Shown one piece after another: positions 12,272-26,115 of a stretch of DNA of 64,000 bases. The notes below the pieces were generated by a model, which saw only the letters and a list, made by a program, of their open reading frames with translations, did not search any database and was not told the origin of the DNA. Both the position numbers and the translations under genes were made by a program. How positions within the stretch are numbered: position 1 is the stretch's first letter; every line of letters starts with the position of its first letter. The DNA is from Curvularia clavata (taxonomy: Eukaryota): assembly GCA_023920165.1 (NCBI GenBank), contig CP089275.1:3844001-3908000 (forward strand). Reading direction: 5' to 3'.

Positions 12272-14040
12272 TTTTGCGTGGGAGCCCGGTGCTCGAGGGC
12301 TTTGATTCGTTTAGAAGTAATACGTTGATGTCTTGAAAGCAAGTATGTCGCTCGTGAGATGGCGTTGAAGTGCGTGCGTGATGTAGATGCCGTAGGTAGA
12401 TAGCAAGACAGTGCTGATGAGAATTAAAAAAAAAAACAAATTGATGTATACCCATCTCTCCCATCTCCCCCAGGCCCTTCTTATACCCTACTCTTTTGCA
12501 CCTGACAAGCCCAAGCCACAGTCGTCTCAGCCAGAAATCTGCCTTACAAACACCACTACATCACACAGCCCATCAGGCCTCCCGCGCGCCCATCACCAAT
12601 CTGCTTTCGGTCACGCTCATCTCACATGGCCACCACACACCCCACCAAGACCGTAGGCGCACCACTCAGTTCAGGCTGCAAATTCCCCGTGTTTACGACT
12701 GTAGTTGCGCGCCTCACTTGGATGTGTTGTCTACTTAGCCTCCCCCGCGTACGATAGGCATCCACGTGCGGTCAGGATGGGAGCCTACGCTCTATAAGGC
12801 AGACAGAACACGGCATTGTTCAAAAGGATGATTTGACGCAGACTTAGCATGCACAAACTGCTTGATTCGACTGTCGAAAAATCTGACAAATAACGATACA
12901 TATTCTTGATCAGCATCAAGGACGATGTTGATAGCGACATGAGTGGTGCCGACCGACCAACCGAGCCAGCCAGGCGGACGCTAGGCACCTACCAAACCAG
13001 CTAATTCGCTAAGATCAAAACATACACTAAGCCATCTCTGCCTCTGTCTCTTTCTAAGAAAGATCAAACATCCGAGGCAGTGCTTCAAGCCACAAGATAC
13101 GACAACGGATAGAAACGGCATCTTGGCGTGACAGAAAACAGAAAGAGGCGTGTGTGTGTTGCTGCAGGAAAGGAAAATAAATACGGGAGCGGCTTCGCGG
13201 TGAACGGATAGGGGATAGTCGGGGCACAGCCTTAACGCGGGACAGCCTTGTGTATTCGCAACTGGAGCCGGTGAGGACGAATAGGCAACGACGGGTACGA
13301 GGAAAGCGAGATATATATCTACTGGAAAGGTATACCAAGAGCCAGGCTGTTTTTTTGCGAAAGGGTTATTAAGCGTCTTCGGACATTTATCAAGATTTTC
13401 ATACAGTAGTTTGTTCATGCTCTTTGCAACTTTGTATGATATTAACTTCCATGACATTTGGGGAAAAGCTCTAGCATATATGCCTCAGCCCATCCAGGCA
13501 ATAGAACAACAAAAGGAAAATACTTGGAAAAAAAAAAGCGTGACGGCATGGAGGAGTTGAAACAACATGCGTGGTCCAAAGTAGTAAATAGGCTTGTAAG
13601 CCCTTCCCTAAAAAGAGGTAAACAACATCTCCTCTGAGCCAACCCCCCACTCTTTCACATAGCCAAACTCCCATCTGCTTGCGCCGCGTTTGTCTGTGGG
13701 AATGTAATTTGCTTTGCTGCTGTTCGTAACCAGAAAAGAAGAAAAAAGAGTAGAAAGGCCCCATGCAATCTATAAATCATGCTGATTCTCTTGAGCAGGC
13801 GACATTAAAAGGAGAAAAGAAAAAGAGACCGAAGGGGCCGTGACGGAGTCACTCTCTGTCGTGTCGCTGGATGGGCTGCAAGTTGATCCAAAAAAAAAAG
13901 GGTTGAATCCAAGAAGGAGGGGAAAAGCCTCGTACTCACACACCCTGACCCTATCCGATATTCATGATACGACTCCACATTTAGGGCTGCACAAGAAGTA
14001 GGAATATTTGTCGAAAATTTGTTCCTCGTCAGCGTCTTCT

Positions 14041-15223
14041 TTATTTTCCGCCTTGCTTCTTTGCCTTGAGCGCAAGGTGCGAGTAGACCCATCCACCGCC
14101 TAGAGCGAGCAATACACCAAACCATTCTCTTCCGCTGAGAATCTTTCCTTCGCTGTACCAGCCTATGCTCAGTATCAAAATGGTCTTGAGATGGCTGACA
14201 ATGTTGAAGGTCAGGGCGCTCGTCCGTCCGATGATCAAGAACTGACTCAAGTTGTACATGGAAGCCATGATACCAGACGCTAACACACTCCAGAGGATGT
14301 CGTTGGGCACGGTTGACAGATCGGGCAGAGTGTCGAAAAACGGAACAAAGGGAATAAGCAGGCAGACGGAGATGGGCGCCTGGTTGAGCAGAAGCTGGGG
14401 TGGAGACACGGCAAAGTCTTCAATCTTCTTGCCAATCCAGATCTGGTACAACGCAGTGCTGCAGAAAGCCAAAGTTGCGATAATAACGCCAAATAGTTGC
14501 GTCTTGGCCGCCTCGTTGATGGTAAAGGAGACTCCAATGCATGTTGCCAGAATGGCAGCCAGCATGTATCGGGTAACGTACTTTCGGAAGAGGACAAAGT
14601 TGATAAGGACGACGGTCGGAGTAGTCATGACCTTGGAGAGCTGGTAGAAACCGATCGAGTTGAAGGTCAAGCTGAGGTTACCGAGAACAACATAGCCGGC
14701 GAAGAAGCCGCAGACAGGCAGCATTTGCCAGATGTTGAGCTTGACGGCCTTGAAAGCGTGGAAAGGTCGGAGAGTCGAAATGAAGAGGACGAGACCGGTC
14801 GCGGTAAAATGCCACATGACAACCATGAGCTGGCATGCTTTGAGCTGCTTATCACTGAACACTCTGCGTGGTTGTTAGCAAGCCAGTCCCCTTCACAGTC
14901 GGCGCTTGTTGTTGCCCATACCGTTTACTCAGGAAGATCAAACCCAATGTTGAGAGCGTGTTCAACCCGATCCAGAAACACGTTATCAGCTTGTCCTTGA
15001 GCGATATGGGTGCGGGCTCGGTGACGGGCTTCTCGAAAGTCGGTAGCTCATCGAGCTCGTGAGATTCGCGCGGGTCAACATTGTCGACGAGACCCTCGAT
15101 CGAGGGGCGTTTCTCCACTGCATGCATGTCAGTCAGCTACTGTTCGGTGTTTTCTCCAATGCTGCGCATAGCCAAGCGATGTGTCGAGGGTGAAGAGGAG
15201 ATTCGCGACTTTGACGTACCCAT
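14041..15223 (-). CDS. SLC35E3-like nucleotide-sugar/triose-phosphate transporter family protein
   Basis: Multi-TM protein with NLSLTFNSIGFYQLSKVMTTP and TSALTFNIVSHLKT. First exon is ATGG followed by GTACGT, spliced to ..GCAG|TGGAG; second intron ~14864-14921. Confidence 0.88.
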
Positions 15224-16813
15224 GATTTTATGGATGTGGATGTGGATGTGGTAGTGGTGGTGTGAATAGCGAGCGACAAGTAGGCAGGCCCTTCTACACT
15301 ATGCCTTCATGCCAATAGGAAAGAGTGTATCGGCGTGAGGAGGCGAGAGATACAACTGGGGCGCGTAGATGGATGCGGTCGTTCCACGGTAGAGGGTGGG
15401 AAGGGGGGTGTGCGTTGCGGCGGTGCAATGGGGCTTCCGGGCCGAATGCAGCAATGGGCGATGGCGGCAGCAACAGAGAGGGCGGCAGTCAGACGGGCGG
15501 CGACAAGGTTCTTGTGGCAGCGCAAGCGGACGAGATGGCCGTTGGTGGTGAGGAGGGCAGAGAGGGAGGCGTAGGGGACGTACACTGCGGAACAAGTAAG
15601 ATGACATCCAAAAGGGATCCTCGTCTTGCCAAGGAAAACATGCTGAAGGGGGCGAACAGGGCTACAGGGCTAGTCGTCCTTGTCAGCCACACAGCCCAAT
15701 CGTCCTAGGCCAATCGCCCTTGGCCTAACCGCACCGTGTCAGCCAAATTCTTTTAGTTTAACATTTAATTTTAGGCCTTGGATACGGTTGCGCTACTGCT
15801 TACGGACATGGACCTGCTATCTAACCCACCATCGCTGCATCGCGGTTCTTTGACTGCCAGTTTCCCCTGAACAGTTTCGACGCCCGTGTTGCTGGCCTGA
15901 GGCAACTGGTGGCACACTGTGTACCGTTTGTGCCGCTGATCAAGCATTGGCAGTTTAGAGACACGATGTGGGCATGCCGTAGCATCCGGATCGGCTGAGC
16001 CCTACCTCGGCCTTTACACTGACCCGCCGTCGCCTCTGTTTCCCCGGGACCCTCGTCTCGGACCCTAGCACCCGCGGTCGCAGCATGACTGAGCACCAGT
16101 CCTTCAACAATGTACCGTAAAACATGTCCACTATTCTCAGTCCTCTCATCGTCATGCGCTCGACAGCTTTGGCTTTGACACAATGACAGCGGCATGTGCG
16201 TTGCTGTTGCTGAGGGGTGATGCTTGCAAGGAGACATCTGCCGCCCGCACCACAAATTGCGCCACACCTCCCATTCCAGTACGAGCGCCACAAGTAGCCG
16301 GTGCGATCGTCACCAACTGGGCCATTCAAGGCTGGTCATGTATCACGTAGGCGCTTGTTTTTTGGTACTCTGCTGCAGCCAGTACCAACATAACCAGCAT
16401 CCCACACGCCAGCCGATCCTCAACATTCCACACATGAGACGAGGTAACCGTCATACATGGATCCAGACCAACGCTCACATATTGAGCCTCGTTGCCATTG
16501 TATCATTGCACGATCATGTGTCACGTGATCATTGGACCTTAACCAGGTAAACATCATGTCTAGATTTTTTTTTTCAAAAAACTCCATCATCTATGCAGCC
16601 AACGAAGCCTTACAAGGCAAAGTGTGCGCTGACTACGACGACCCTAGCGCAAGGAGAAAGTCTCAATAATGTACAAAATGCAGAACCCACCAACCATACA
16701 AAACAAAACCAACATGATGAAAGGCATGCCCCCAATCACTAACGTCAGATATGCGGCCGCTTCGGGCGCCCAATTATAGATATAGGGAAATGTCTTGTGG
16801 TGATACACGAAAT

Positions 16814-19800
16814 TTAAACCTCTCCGTCTGCCACAGCCAGTCGCTGCTTGGCTGTCTTTGCCTTCTTGCTGAGCCCACCCTTCTTGCGCTTGCCGCCGAC
16901 AGGGGCTTCGCTCGAGGCAATAGGCGTTGCTGCACCACTCGCCTTGGCGCTCTCGTCAAAGTGTCCTTCGCCTGTCAAATAGTCAGTACAGCCAGCAATG
17001 GTTGACAAGAAAGAGTCTGCCTCACCTTCATGATACATATCGTCGAGGTTCGTCTCAGCCCTCTGCTTCTTCTTGCCTCGCTTCTTTCCTGGTGGAGCAT
17101 TCTTCTCCTGCTCTGCCAGCTCAGCCTCCTTCTTTTCAATCTCGGCGGCTTGGTCGTCGTCCACAAGCCACATGGCCATGTCCTTGGTCCTGTTCTCCCG
17201 AGAGCGTGTGTTGAAATCAACTCCTGCACCGCCGCCTCCGGAAATGACGACGCGCTGGACCTCTTCCTTTTGCAAGGCACGCTTGCGAATACGCTCCTCG
17301 ATGGTACCACGTGTGATGAGACGGTAGACTGTGACCTGTCGTGTCTGACCAAGACGATGGGCACGGTCCATGGCCTGCGAATCAATCGTGGGGTTCCAGT
17401 CCGAGTCGTAGAAAATGACCGTGTCGGCCGAAGTCAAGTTGATACCGAGACCACCAGCACGAGTAGACAGCAAGAAGACAAATATGGATCGATCACTCTG
17501 GAAATCCGCCACCGTGTCACGACGGTCTTCCAGTTTGGTAGATCCGTCCAGACGGCAGTACTTGTAGTTCCTGTACGTCAGGTATTCTTCCATGAGATCC
17601 ATCATCCTCGTCATCTGGAAGTACAGAAGGACGCGGTGGTCGTTGGCTTTCAGTTCCTTGAGCAGTGCATCTAGACGAGCTAGCTTGCCGGAGTCTGTGA
17701 CGAAGCGTGACATTGAAGGCGCCTCAATGTGAGTGAAGCGGGTGCGCTGGTTGGTTGGAGGTGGAAGCTTGTTGTGAACTGTCAAAGCCGTGCTCTCCGA
17801 CTTGCTCTCTAGCATGGCTTGTTCAGTCAAATCGGAAATGCCATACAGTGCGCTGCGGATCGGAGGATTGAAGAAAATGTTCTGCTTTTCAGCAATGACA
17901 CCTTGGCTGGCACAGTATAGCTCGATCGGAGGTGCGGATGCCTTGGGCTTGGCACAAGGCTCGATCACATTCAGACCAGTCTTTTCAAATGCAGATTGAG
18001 AGATGTTGAAAAGGTTGCGCATGTGGCCCTCGGTGGCGATCTCAGCCAAAGGCACACGATCCTGGCGGTCGACAATGTTGAAAATAGAGTGCTTCGGTTC
18101 CCACTCGCCAGCATCACCATCATAGCAGACATTGAAACGGCCGACCCTATTCGGTTTCTGCTCCGCAATGAGAGCTCGCTGGAACAAATCACTCTTGGCA
18201 ATTTGAGAGGCCTCGCTAGCGGACAAGTCAGAGAAGCGGAGCCAGGAGAACGCGCCAGCTTGTCGAGCCGATGTCTCTATGTTGTCCGGATTCCAAATGT
18301 TCATCAGGTTGTCAAGATAGTGTCCTTTGAATCCGGCCTTCTGGTTGTCCGGCCCTGCAAGATCGAGGCGACCTCCGTCGCGGCCTACGAGGCGCGGCAC
18401 AGAATACTCGATCAGGTTTCGAGTTGAGTAGCCAACCCTTACATTCTGACCTTCTCTGAGGAATGACGCTGTCTCAGCGAAAGAAGCAAAGGACAAGGGC
18501 GACCAGGTTTCTGCTCTTTCGAACAAATCAGGGTGGTTGCAGACCTTCCTGAACTGCATGACCAAGTTCATCAGCGTGGCACTGTCTTGTTCATCTCCAA
18601 CTGCCTTTTCGACCAAGTCCATGATGTTGATCTTGGCGCGTAGGTTGGCGTAGTAGGCGCGCTGGCGGTATGTGAGGTCGCAGTAGACGTCCAACTCAAT
18701 CTTGTCTCCGAGCTCCTTCTGCACATGCTTCTTGACACGCCGCAACATGAATGGCTTCAGGATCATATGCAGACGCCTGAGCTGGTCTTCATTGAGCTTT
18801 GTGTTACTCTGCGCGTGGCTCTCAATGTCCTTGGAGAACCACTCGCTAAACTCGTCGTGAGAATCGAACAAGCTAGGCATGATGAAATGAAGAAGCGCCC
18901 AGAGTTCTTGCATGTTGTTCTGAATAGGGGTGCCCGTCAGCAACAACCGGTTACGCGAGTGGAAACCAAGCAAACTCTTCCATCTAGAACTCTGCGACGA
19001 TTTGATAGCCTGGGCTTCGTCAAGAATCATATACTGCCAGCGCATCTTTTGGAAGTACTGAGCATCCTGGACGACTAATTGGTAAGAGGAGACGACCACG
19101 TGGAAGGGCGAATCGCGAGTGTAGGTAACGTGCTTCCGGTCCCAGAGCTTGCGCAGAATCTTTCGGTCCTTGGCTGTACCCCAGTATGGAATGACGTTGA
19201 GATCTGGAACAAACTTGGCGATTTCCTGCTGCCAGTTGTGCAGCGTTGATGCAGGAGCGATGACAAGGAAGGGACCCCAGATATTGTACCTCTCGGCAAG
19301 ATACGCCATGACGGATATCGACTGAACCGTCTTTCCGAGACCCATTTCGTCGGCCAGAATACCGTTGATACCTTGCTCGTAGAGATTGACAAGCCAGTTC
19401 AGACCCTTCAATTGGTACTCCTTGAGCGTGCAGCTGAGCAGGTTTGGTTGAGGGATCCAATCCTCCTTGTTCTGGAGACCAGATGGATTTTGGAAGTTGA
19501 GCTCTCCATCCTCGTCATCTTCGCCAGACTTGTTGAAAGCTCGGGCACGATCCTGTGCTTCCTGGATAGCGTGTTGAGCATTCGCCATAGCCGCTGCGTT
19601 GAGCGCAGTCTCATCCTCGTTGTCGAAATCGAGATCCTCAAAGTTTGTGACTTTGGCGGCTGGGCCGGTTGGCATATCTCCGACCGCAATACCGGGCTGC
19701 GGTCCTGCTTGCTGGGGTGGTGCTGCTGCGGCAGTATCAGCGTCGTCAGTAGACCTCTCAATCTCATCTGTCCTGGCCTTCTTTCCGATGAAATGGGAGT

Positions 19801-22103
19801 AGAGTTCGGTCTGCGAGATGAGAAAGTTGAGCTTCCGCTTCTGTCGGTTGGCTTCACGGTCAGCTTCAGCCTTCTTTGCGTTCTCCAGCTCTTGACGCTC
19901 AGCATTCTTTCGTGACTCGCGCTCGTCTCGCTCGTTCCTCTTCCAGAACGCGAGCATCTCGCGCATGCCTCGCTTCGCCCTAGCCTGTGTATCCTTCTGG
20001 TTCTTGTTGGTGCGCATCTGCCATCGGCGTGCTTCTTTGGCGGCCAGTTGGGCAGTCTTCCGAAGGTTGGACTGTTTAGTGGATAGAGAGTTCTCTTTGA
20101 TGCGGACGACCTTGGGAACATCTTTCCGGGCCAGGTCTTTGACGATCTGCTGGTAAAGGTTGCGGTACGCAGACGAGTCGTAGGAAGTGAGCACGACGGG
20201 GCCAATGTCTTCGGTGTAGCTGCGGCCTCGTATTGAGTCAAGCCGGGCTTCCTCACGGGGAGCGATCATGGGGAGATCATCGCCACGGTCGAGAGCAGCT
20301 TGGCCGGCAGCTGCGGCATCCTTCTCCGCCTGCTTCTGTTCCTTGCTCTTCTTAAGACGGCCAGTGCCACGGTTGCCCTTGCGCTTCCCGCCAGGAACGT
20401 CGTCGGAAGCCTGGAAAGAACTCATTGTGCCGCCCTCCATGTTGGGGCCATGTGGAGTGACTTCGCGGATGTCCTTGCTAGGAGCATTACCCTGCAGAAG
20501 CTGGGTGGTGGTCTTTGCCTTACGCTCAGCTTTTTGCGCTGCGAGCAAGTGTCGTTCTTTCTCCTCCTCGTTCTCAGCCTGGCCGGCCTTTGCAAGAGCC
20601 TCCGCACGCTTGGCCTCCTCGTTCTGGATAGTCTTTTCCCGTCTCCGCTTGCGTTGCATGTCCTTCTTGCGCTCCTTCTCTTCGGCAATCTCCTGGCTCT
20701 GCACTTGCTGCCACGCATCACCCTCATGCTCGACATTGTATGAGTGCTTGGCGTAGTCGCGGTGCGCAGCTGACACATCCTGGAAGCGGATCAAGGTCGC
20801 TGTCCGCCTTCGCTTGCGCTTGCTGGCCTCTGTGGCGGAGACTTCTAGTATGCGCTTTTGGCTGCGCTGCTTGTATTCTGCCTCTTCACGCGAGTTGACT
20901 GGAAAGTCCATGTCACCCATTTGCGTGGTTTCGATGTGTGCCAGTTGAGCCTCAACCTCGGCCTCGTCTTGTGGATGGATTTCGCGGGTCGCAGCCTGTA
21001 GTGAGGGCTGCACGCTGCCGCCCAGAGGGATGGCATCGTAGGTTGTCCGTGGCGTGTAGCCATTCTCATGGAGAGGCACGTCAGCTGGTGCTGGGGATGC
21101 CATGGCCTCTTGCTTGACGAAGTGCTGGTTGGGCAGAGGTTTCGATGGTCGATATGGATCGGCGTTGACGGGAGCAACCGACTGAGGTTTTGGCGGGGGT
21201 TCGTTATCCGCACCAGAGGACATTATACTGGAGAGTGACATGGGATCGGCACGCGTTGGCGGCGGCGCCTGGTGGTGGGTGAGCAACAATGGCACATGGG
21301 AGCGGGAGACGCGAAAGTCACTTACCTCATCCTTGAAAGACGGCCGTCTATCATAGCTCGGGGGAGGCGGAGGCGGCGGCTGGACAGCACCACCGGGCCG
21401 GTTCATGGATTGATAGACGGATGGGGAGACGGGAGAATGGGACATGGTCTCCATGGCACCGGTGTGCTGGTGTTGAGAATGGGGGCGCTGCAAGGGCGAG
21501 TGATGGGATGGATATGAAGTGGTGATGGGCGAGTGATAGACCTTTTCGTAGGGGCTGTGGGCGGGTCGGGTGTCGTGGTATGCGTGAGGATCCCGAGCCT
21601 GGAGCGTGGACAGGGTTAGCGGTGCCTCTCCTGAAGACGGGGGGAGAGCAAGGTGAAGGGGGCAAGCGGGCGACGACGGGGAGGATGGTGAGGATGAATT
21701 GACGCGATGAAGGGTTGATGGTACGCACCTGTGTGGGATACTGGGGGTCGTAACGCGCCGGGTCTCTGGCTACGCGGCGGTCGCCATTGTCGGAGGTCGG
21801 GTCGTAATATCTGGACGTGTCGCGAGAATAGAGGGCCGTGCTGATGGGCGGCAGCTCGGTCGAGGTGGGCGATGGGGGCGGGCGGTGGTGTTGATGGGGC
21901 TGCAGCGGCAGAGGTGCAGGCGTGTTTGGGGAGTGGTGGTGTTGGTGTTGTTGGTGGTATGGCTGGCCTGCTCGTGTGGGCGACGAGTGGTAAGCTGATG
22001 GCGTAGGTGCGCCTTGGTGCCCTGGCGGCATCCTGTCTCCTCGCGACCGCTCCTCGCCGCCGCCATCATCAACCGACGGGCGCAGGACGGGATCGCGAAA
22101 CAT
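16814..22103 (-). CDS. INO80: INO80 chromatin-remodelling ATPase
   Basis: DBINO region ([19 protein letters not shown]), [16 protein letters not shown] box and split SNF2 helicase ([11 protein letters not shown]). Introns 21599-21728, 21269-21325 and 16972-17025. Start codon uncertain. Confidence 0.96.
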
Positions 22104-23287
22104 GGGACTGGCGCGTTCCGACTCTCTCAATGCGTCTGGGGCGGCTGCTCCATGGACGGGCAGCAGGCAGGGCGGGCGGAGAGGCGCGCTGGAATGGGGG
22201 CGACGAGCTGGCTGGAGATGCGCCTGGTGCTGCGGGAGCCGGTTGCGATGGTCGGCCTGCGACTGGCGATGGATGGGAGCGAGGGGCCAGCAGACGAGGG
22301 CGATGGAGATGGGATGCGAGTTGGACTGGGGGGCGGGTGTGGAGCAGAGCTGTCGAGATCACACACACATAGGCACGAAGGGTTGGCAAGTCAGCTTCTG
22401 TCTAGTGCGGCTGCGGCAGCGCTGTCCCTGGGGCAGCTCCGGGCGTGATGCAGACCCGCGATGAGGTTTGATGGAGCGACCACGACTCGCTGCACACGTC
22501 GCCCTGCCACAGAGGCACCGCTGGCGACGACCAGAGCCCGTCTTGGGCGGTCAGAGATGCTCGTGGCGATGCTGGTCGCCCGTCTTGGGGTCGGCGAGGG
22601 CGCGCCCTCTGCTCCCTCTGCATTCGAGCCCGCTGGTCTCGTCGAGGCATACACACGCCCCCAGATGGTGCATCGACCAATAATTTGCATGCACGCGAGC
22701 GGCGCCGTGCAGCCTGCGGGCCGTCTTGCTCTGCAATTGCCTGCGCCTGTTTTTTTGCCTACATGCTGTCCATGTGCTGATGCCATGGCGATGCTACGGC
22801 CCGGCGCCGTATCCGCCTCGCTCGCTGGCAGACGACGACGTCCTCCTCGACTCTGCCCTCCGCGTGCCAGGTTGAGGCATTGCCAACTTCGGCAAATCAG
22901 CCACCGACGCTTCTCTGCACCACCCTCGCCGCAGACACTGCCCTGGTTCGCTCTCTCCATGGCCTTTTGCCTAGATTCCACTGTCGCGTCCTTACCATTG
23001 CCATCTCGCCATGGCAACTCGACGACGCGCGACAAAGCGCCATGAGCCCAGACGCACTCTAAACGGGGCAGGAGCATTGGGGCCTGCACTCCCTCATTGG
23101 GCGAACCCTGCCAGCGATGGTGACGGAAGGCGCGACCCATGTCGGTGGGTCGAAGCGTAGCCCGGCGTCGCGTGGCCCAAGCGTAGATCACGCTAAAACG
23201 CTCGGCGCATCCATTCTCGAACTTTTTCCAAGGGCGCGTTCAGTTTGTGAGCAGCAACAAAAGTCCCATCAACTTTGTCGCATCGCC

Positions 23288-24436
23288 ATGGCTTCCGTAT
23301 ACAAGACCCTGTCCGGCGCCGAGAAGGAGGAGAAGGATGTCGGCGTCAAGAGAAACAAGCAGCGTGTTCTTATTCTGGTATGCCATTTGCCTGCGCAAAG
23401 AAAAAAAATGATAGAGAAAATCCTTGCTAACAGACGACAGAGTTCAAGAGGTGTCACATTCCGCCACCGGCATTTACTGCAGGATCTCTACTCTTTGATG
23501 TGAGTAGTAGTCAAATCATCCTGCAAAGACACTTTGTTAATATTCCACAGGCCCCATAGCCGAAAAGAGGCCAAACTCGACACCAAGACGAAGCTCTACC
23601 AGCTTAACGAACTAGCAGGTACGAAATCCCGTTAATTTCAAGCTGTCTGATGATGAGAGGGCTCAAAAAATGTGCCTTTCATTCATCCGCAGAGTCTTGA
23701 GTTGAAACTGACCCAGCCAGAACTCTACAACTGCAACAATGTCCTCTTCTTCGAGGCCCGCAAAGGCAAGGATCTCTACTGCTGGATGTCCAAGCCTCCC
23801 AACGGCCCCACGGTTAAGATGCATCTCCAGAACTTGCACACCATGGAAGAGCTCAACTTCATTGGCAACTGCCTCAAGGGATCCCGGCCAATTCTTTCTT
23901 TTGATGCCGCCTTTGACAAGCAGGCCCATCTGCGTGTCATCAAGGAGCTCTTTACCCAAATTTTCGGTGTTCCCAAGACGAGCAGAAAAGTAAAGCCGTT
24001 TGTTGATCACGTCATGGGTTTCACCGTCGCAGACGGCAAGATCTGGGTCCGCGTCTTCCAGATTAGCGAGAGCGAGCCAGGCAAGAAGAAGGCTGCAGAC
24101 GGCGAAGAAATGGATGTTGATGAGCCTGCACCCAAGAAGAAGCACCACAAGGGAGAGCTCGACGTCAGCCTCGTCGAAATCGGCCCTCGCTTCGTCCTTA
24201 CGCCTATTGTTATCCAGGAGTCCAGTTTCGGAGGTCCCATCATCTACGAGAACAAGGAGTTCGTGTCGCCCAACCAGATCCGTTCCGACCTGCGAAAGTC
24301 CAAGGCCGGCAGGTTCAACAAGCGAACCGAGGCGCAGAGGGACACTCTGCTCAAGCACCAGGAGCTGGGTCTGACGTCGCATGGCGGGCGCAAGAAGGAG
24401 AAAGATCCACTCAGCGACAATGTGCTGTTTGCATAA
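23288..24436 (+). CDS. BRX1: Brix-domain ribosome biogenesis protein Brx1
   Basis: MASVYK..KQRVLILSSRGVTFRHRHL, GPTVKMHLQNLHTMEEL, GNCLKGSRPILSFD, LVEIGPRFVL. Introns 23378-23440, 23500-23550 and 23619-23720. Confidence 0.95.
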
Positions 24437-24654
24437 GTCGTGCGCAATCTTGTTTTCGAGGGCAAAAAAAAGCGGCGTTTATGGGATGCATCTTGCTTAG
24501 GATTGGCGTCGATTTGTTGGTATTGGCATATGCCTGCATGTATAGCGATATACCCAATAGCTATCAACTCGTGGGTAGCTCGTCTTGAGCGACCGCTATA
24601 CAAGTCTCTGTTTGTTTCTGTGCTGATCTAGGCTTTCATTACACACAGCTGCAG

Positions 24655-25473
24655 TCATTCCTGTGCAGTCATGCTCTTTTCTAATTCTTCCTTGTACTCA
24701 TCGTTGACACCACTAATCACAGCCTTGCGGACTCCACGCAGTGCTCTGAACGGGTTCAACACCAACTGTGCCTGGGCAATGTTGTTCTCATCTTGCACTC
24801 GGTGCACCCTACCGCTTGGGAACTTGACCCGACTAATGGCTCCATCAATCAAGTGCACCTGCAGTCGGTGCAATTGCGGCACTGCAACCAGCAAGTCCAC
24901 AAGCTCGCGAACTCTCCTATGTATACCAGCCGACAAGCCTCGCCCGCCATAGTTATACTTGATCATGCCCGTATAGTCGTCGACCGACTCGACATTCACA
25001 ACGTAGTTCTTGATACGCAGGAGGTTCCTTTGTGAGAAGTGATCTAGAAATTGATATGTTTGGTTTGGGGTAAGGTTATTCGCAGTCCGCCAGCGATAGC
25101 GAAAATCAACTGCTTTGAAGGTCACATCGATCACAAACGTGTTGTCGCCATAGAGCATGTCTGCCGTCTCTTCGTGCACCTGTCGCGACACGGCGAGCAG
25201 CGTCGTGCTTCCCCGTCGCCATACAATGTCGTTGCCTGTCTCCCGGTCCGTCCGTGGCATCGTCCGCTGCATTCGCCAACCCCCGTCACCGTTTTTCTGC
25301 CGGACGAAGGTCAGATTGTATTCGGGCTTTGGGGGCGAGTCAATGGAGCGCTGGAAACGCACATCGAAGGTTGTGGTATGCGGTAGGACGAGGCTGTAGA
25401 TCAGACGACGGAGCTCGATTGGGAGGTTTAGCAGGGCTGATGGCTGATACGATGCGGCATTTGCGTGCCACAT
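24655..25473 (-). CDS. Fungal protein with an N-terminal F-box-like motif
   Basis: LLNLPIELRRLIYSLVL and LLAVSRQVHEETADMLYGDNTF, motifs common in filamentous-fungal F-box-like proteins. Start uncertain. Confidence 0.72.
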   Translation of the reverse strand: MWHANAASYQPSALLNLPIELRRLIYSLVLPHTTTFDVRFQRSIDSPPKPEYNLTFVRQKNGDGGWRMQRTMPRTDRETGNDIVWRRGSTTLLAVSRQVHEETADMLYGDNTFVIDVTFKAVDFRYRWRTANNLTPNQTYQFLDHFSQRNLLRIKNYVVNVESVDDYTGMIKYNYGGRGLSAGIHRRVRELVDLLVAVPQLHRLQVHLIDGAISRVKFPSGRVHRVQDENNIAQAQLVLNPFRALRGVRKAVISGVNDEYKEELEKSMTAQE

Positions 25474-26115
25474 TGTTTCTTCCACCCGTTTTAGACTCTA
25501 GATTTGTAAAGGTCAGGTAGCGATGTAGTTTGCGACTTTGCGGGCATGCACGCCTCGCAGTGGTTGACGCCATCGGTCCATCCTCCGCCTCCACACCGAT
25601 TGGTCCCCACAACCCAGATTGGCTCCACTTGGCGCTATCTACCAACTTACACAGCTGCACGGCGATGATGACTCCTGACTGCTTCTTCAACCATCAACAT
25701 GTCCATGGCCTCTGAACACGGCTTAGAGCCTGTGGTTGTCTGCACCATGTCTGTAAAAACTCTTGTTACATTTTCTACCTACAGCCCCAACGGAGGGGTC
25801 CAATCCATCTGAATTATCAGTTACGCGTCGGGGCGAAAGCGAAGTAGCTACGCGCCGATTGATCCAGGAATCACACAGCACGATTACAGCTGGACAGTCA
25901 AGACGGAGATTTTGACTTCTAGACCTGAATCTATTAAGACAGTCACGAATCCGTACCACAAAAGAAGCTAGATATATATACCAAAGTGACGATATAGGAG
26001 TGAGTAACACACACAACATTGAAGTCATGCAGTTGGTGGGATGTCATTTCAAGTGCTGACTTTTCAAGTTGCTGGAAATCAAGCACTATCGAATACCGCG
26101 CACTTTAAATCCAAG

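Noticed and set aside
12785..13800. ORFs of 67-158 aa between the Gly-rich gene and the transporter
   Set aside because: No recognisable motifs; the A/T runs are typical of UTR or intergenic DNA.
15299..16550. Overlapping short ORFs upstream of the transporter
   Set aside because: GC-rich promoter-like sequence giving open frames on both strands without protein-like composition.
22391..23191. 266-aa and 194-aa ORFs between INO80 and BRX1
   Set aside because: Arg/Ala/Pro-rich artefacts of a high-GC divergent promoter.
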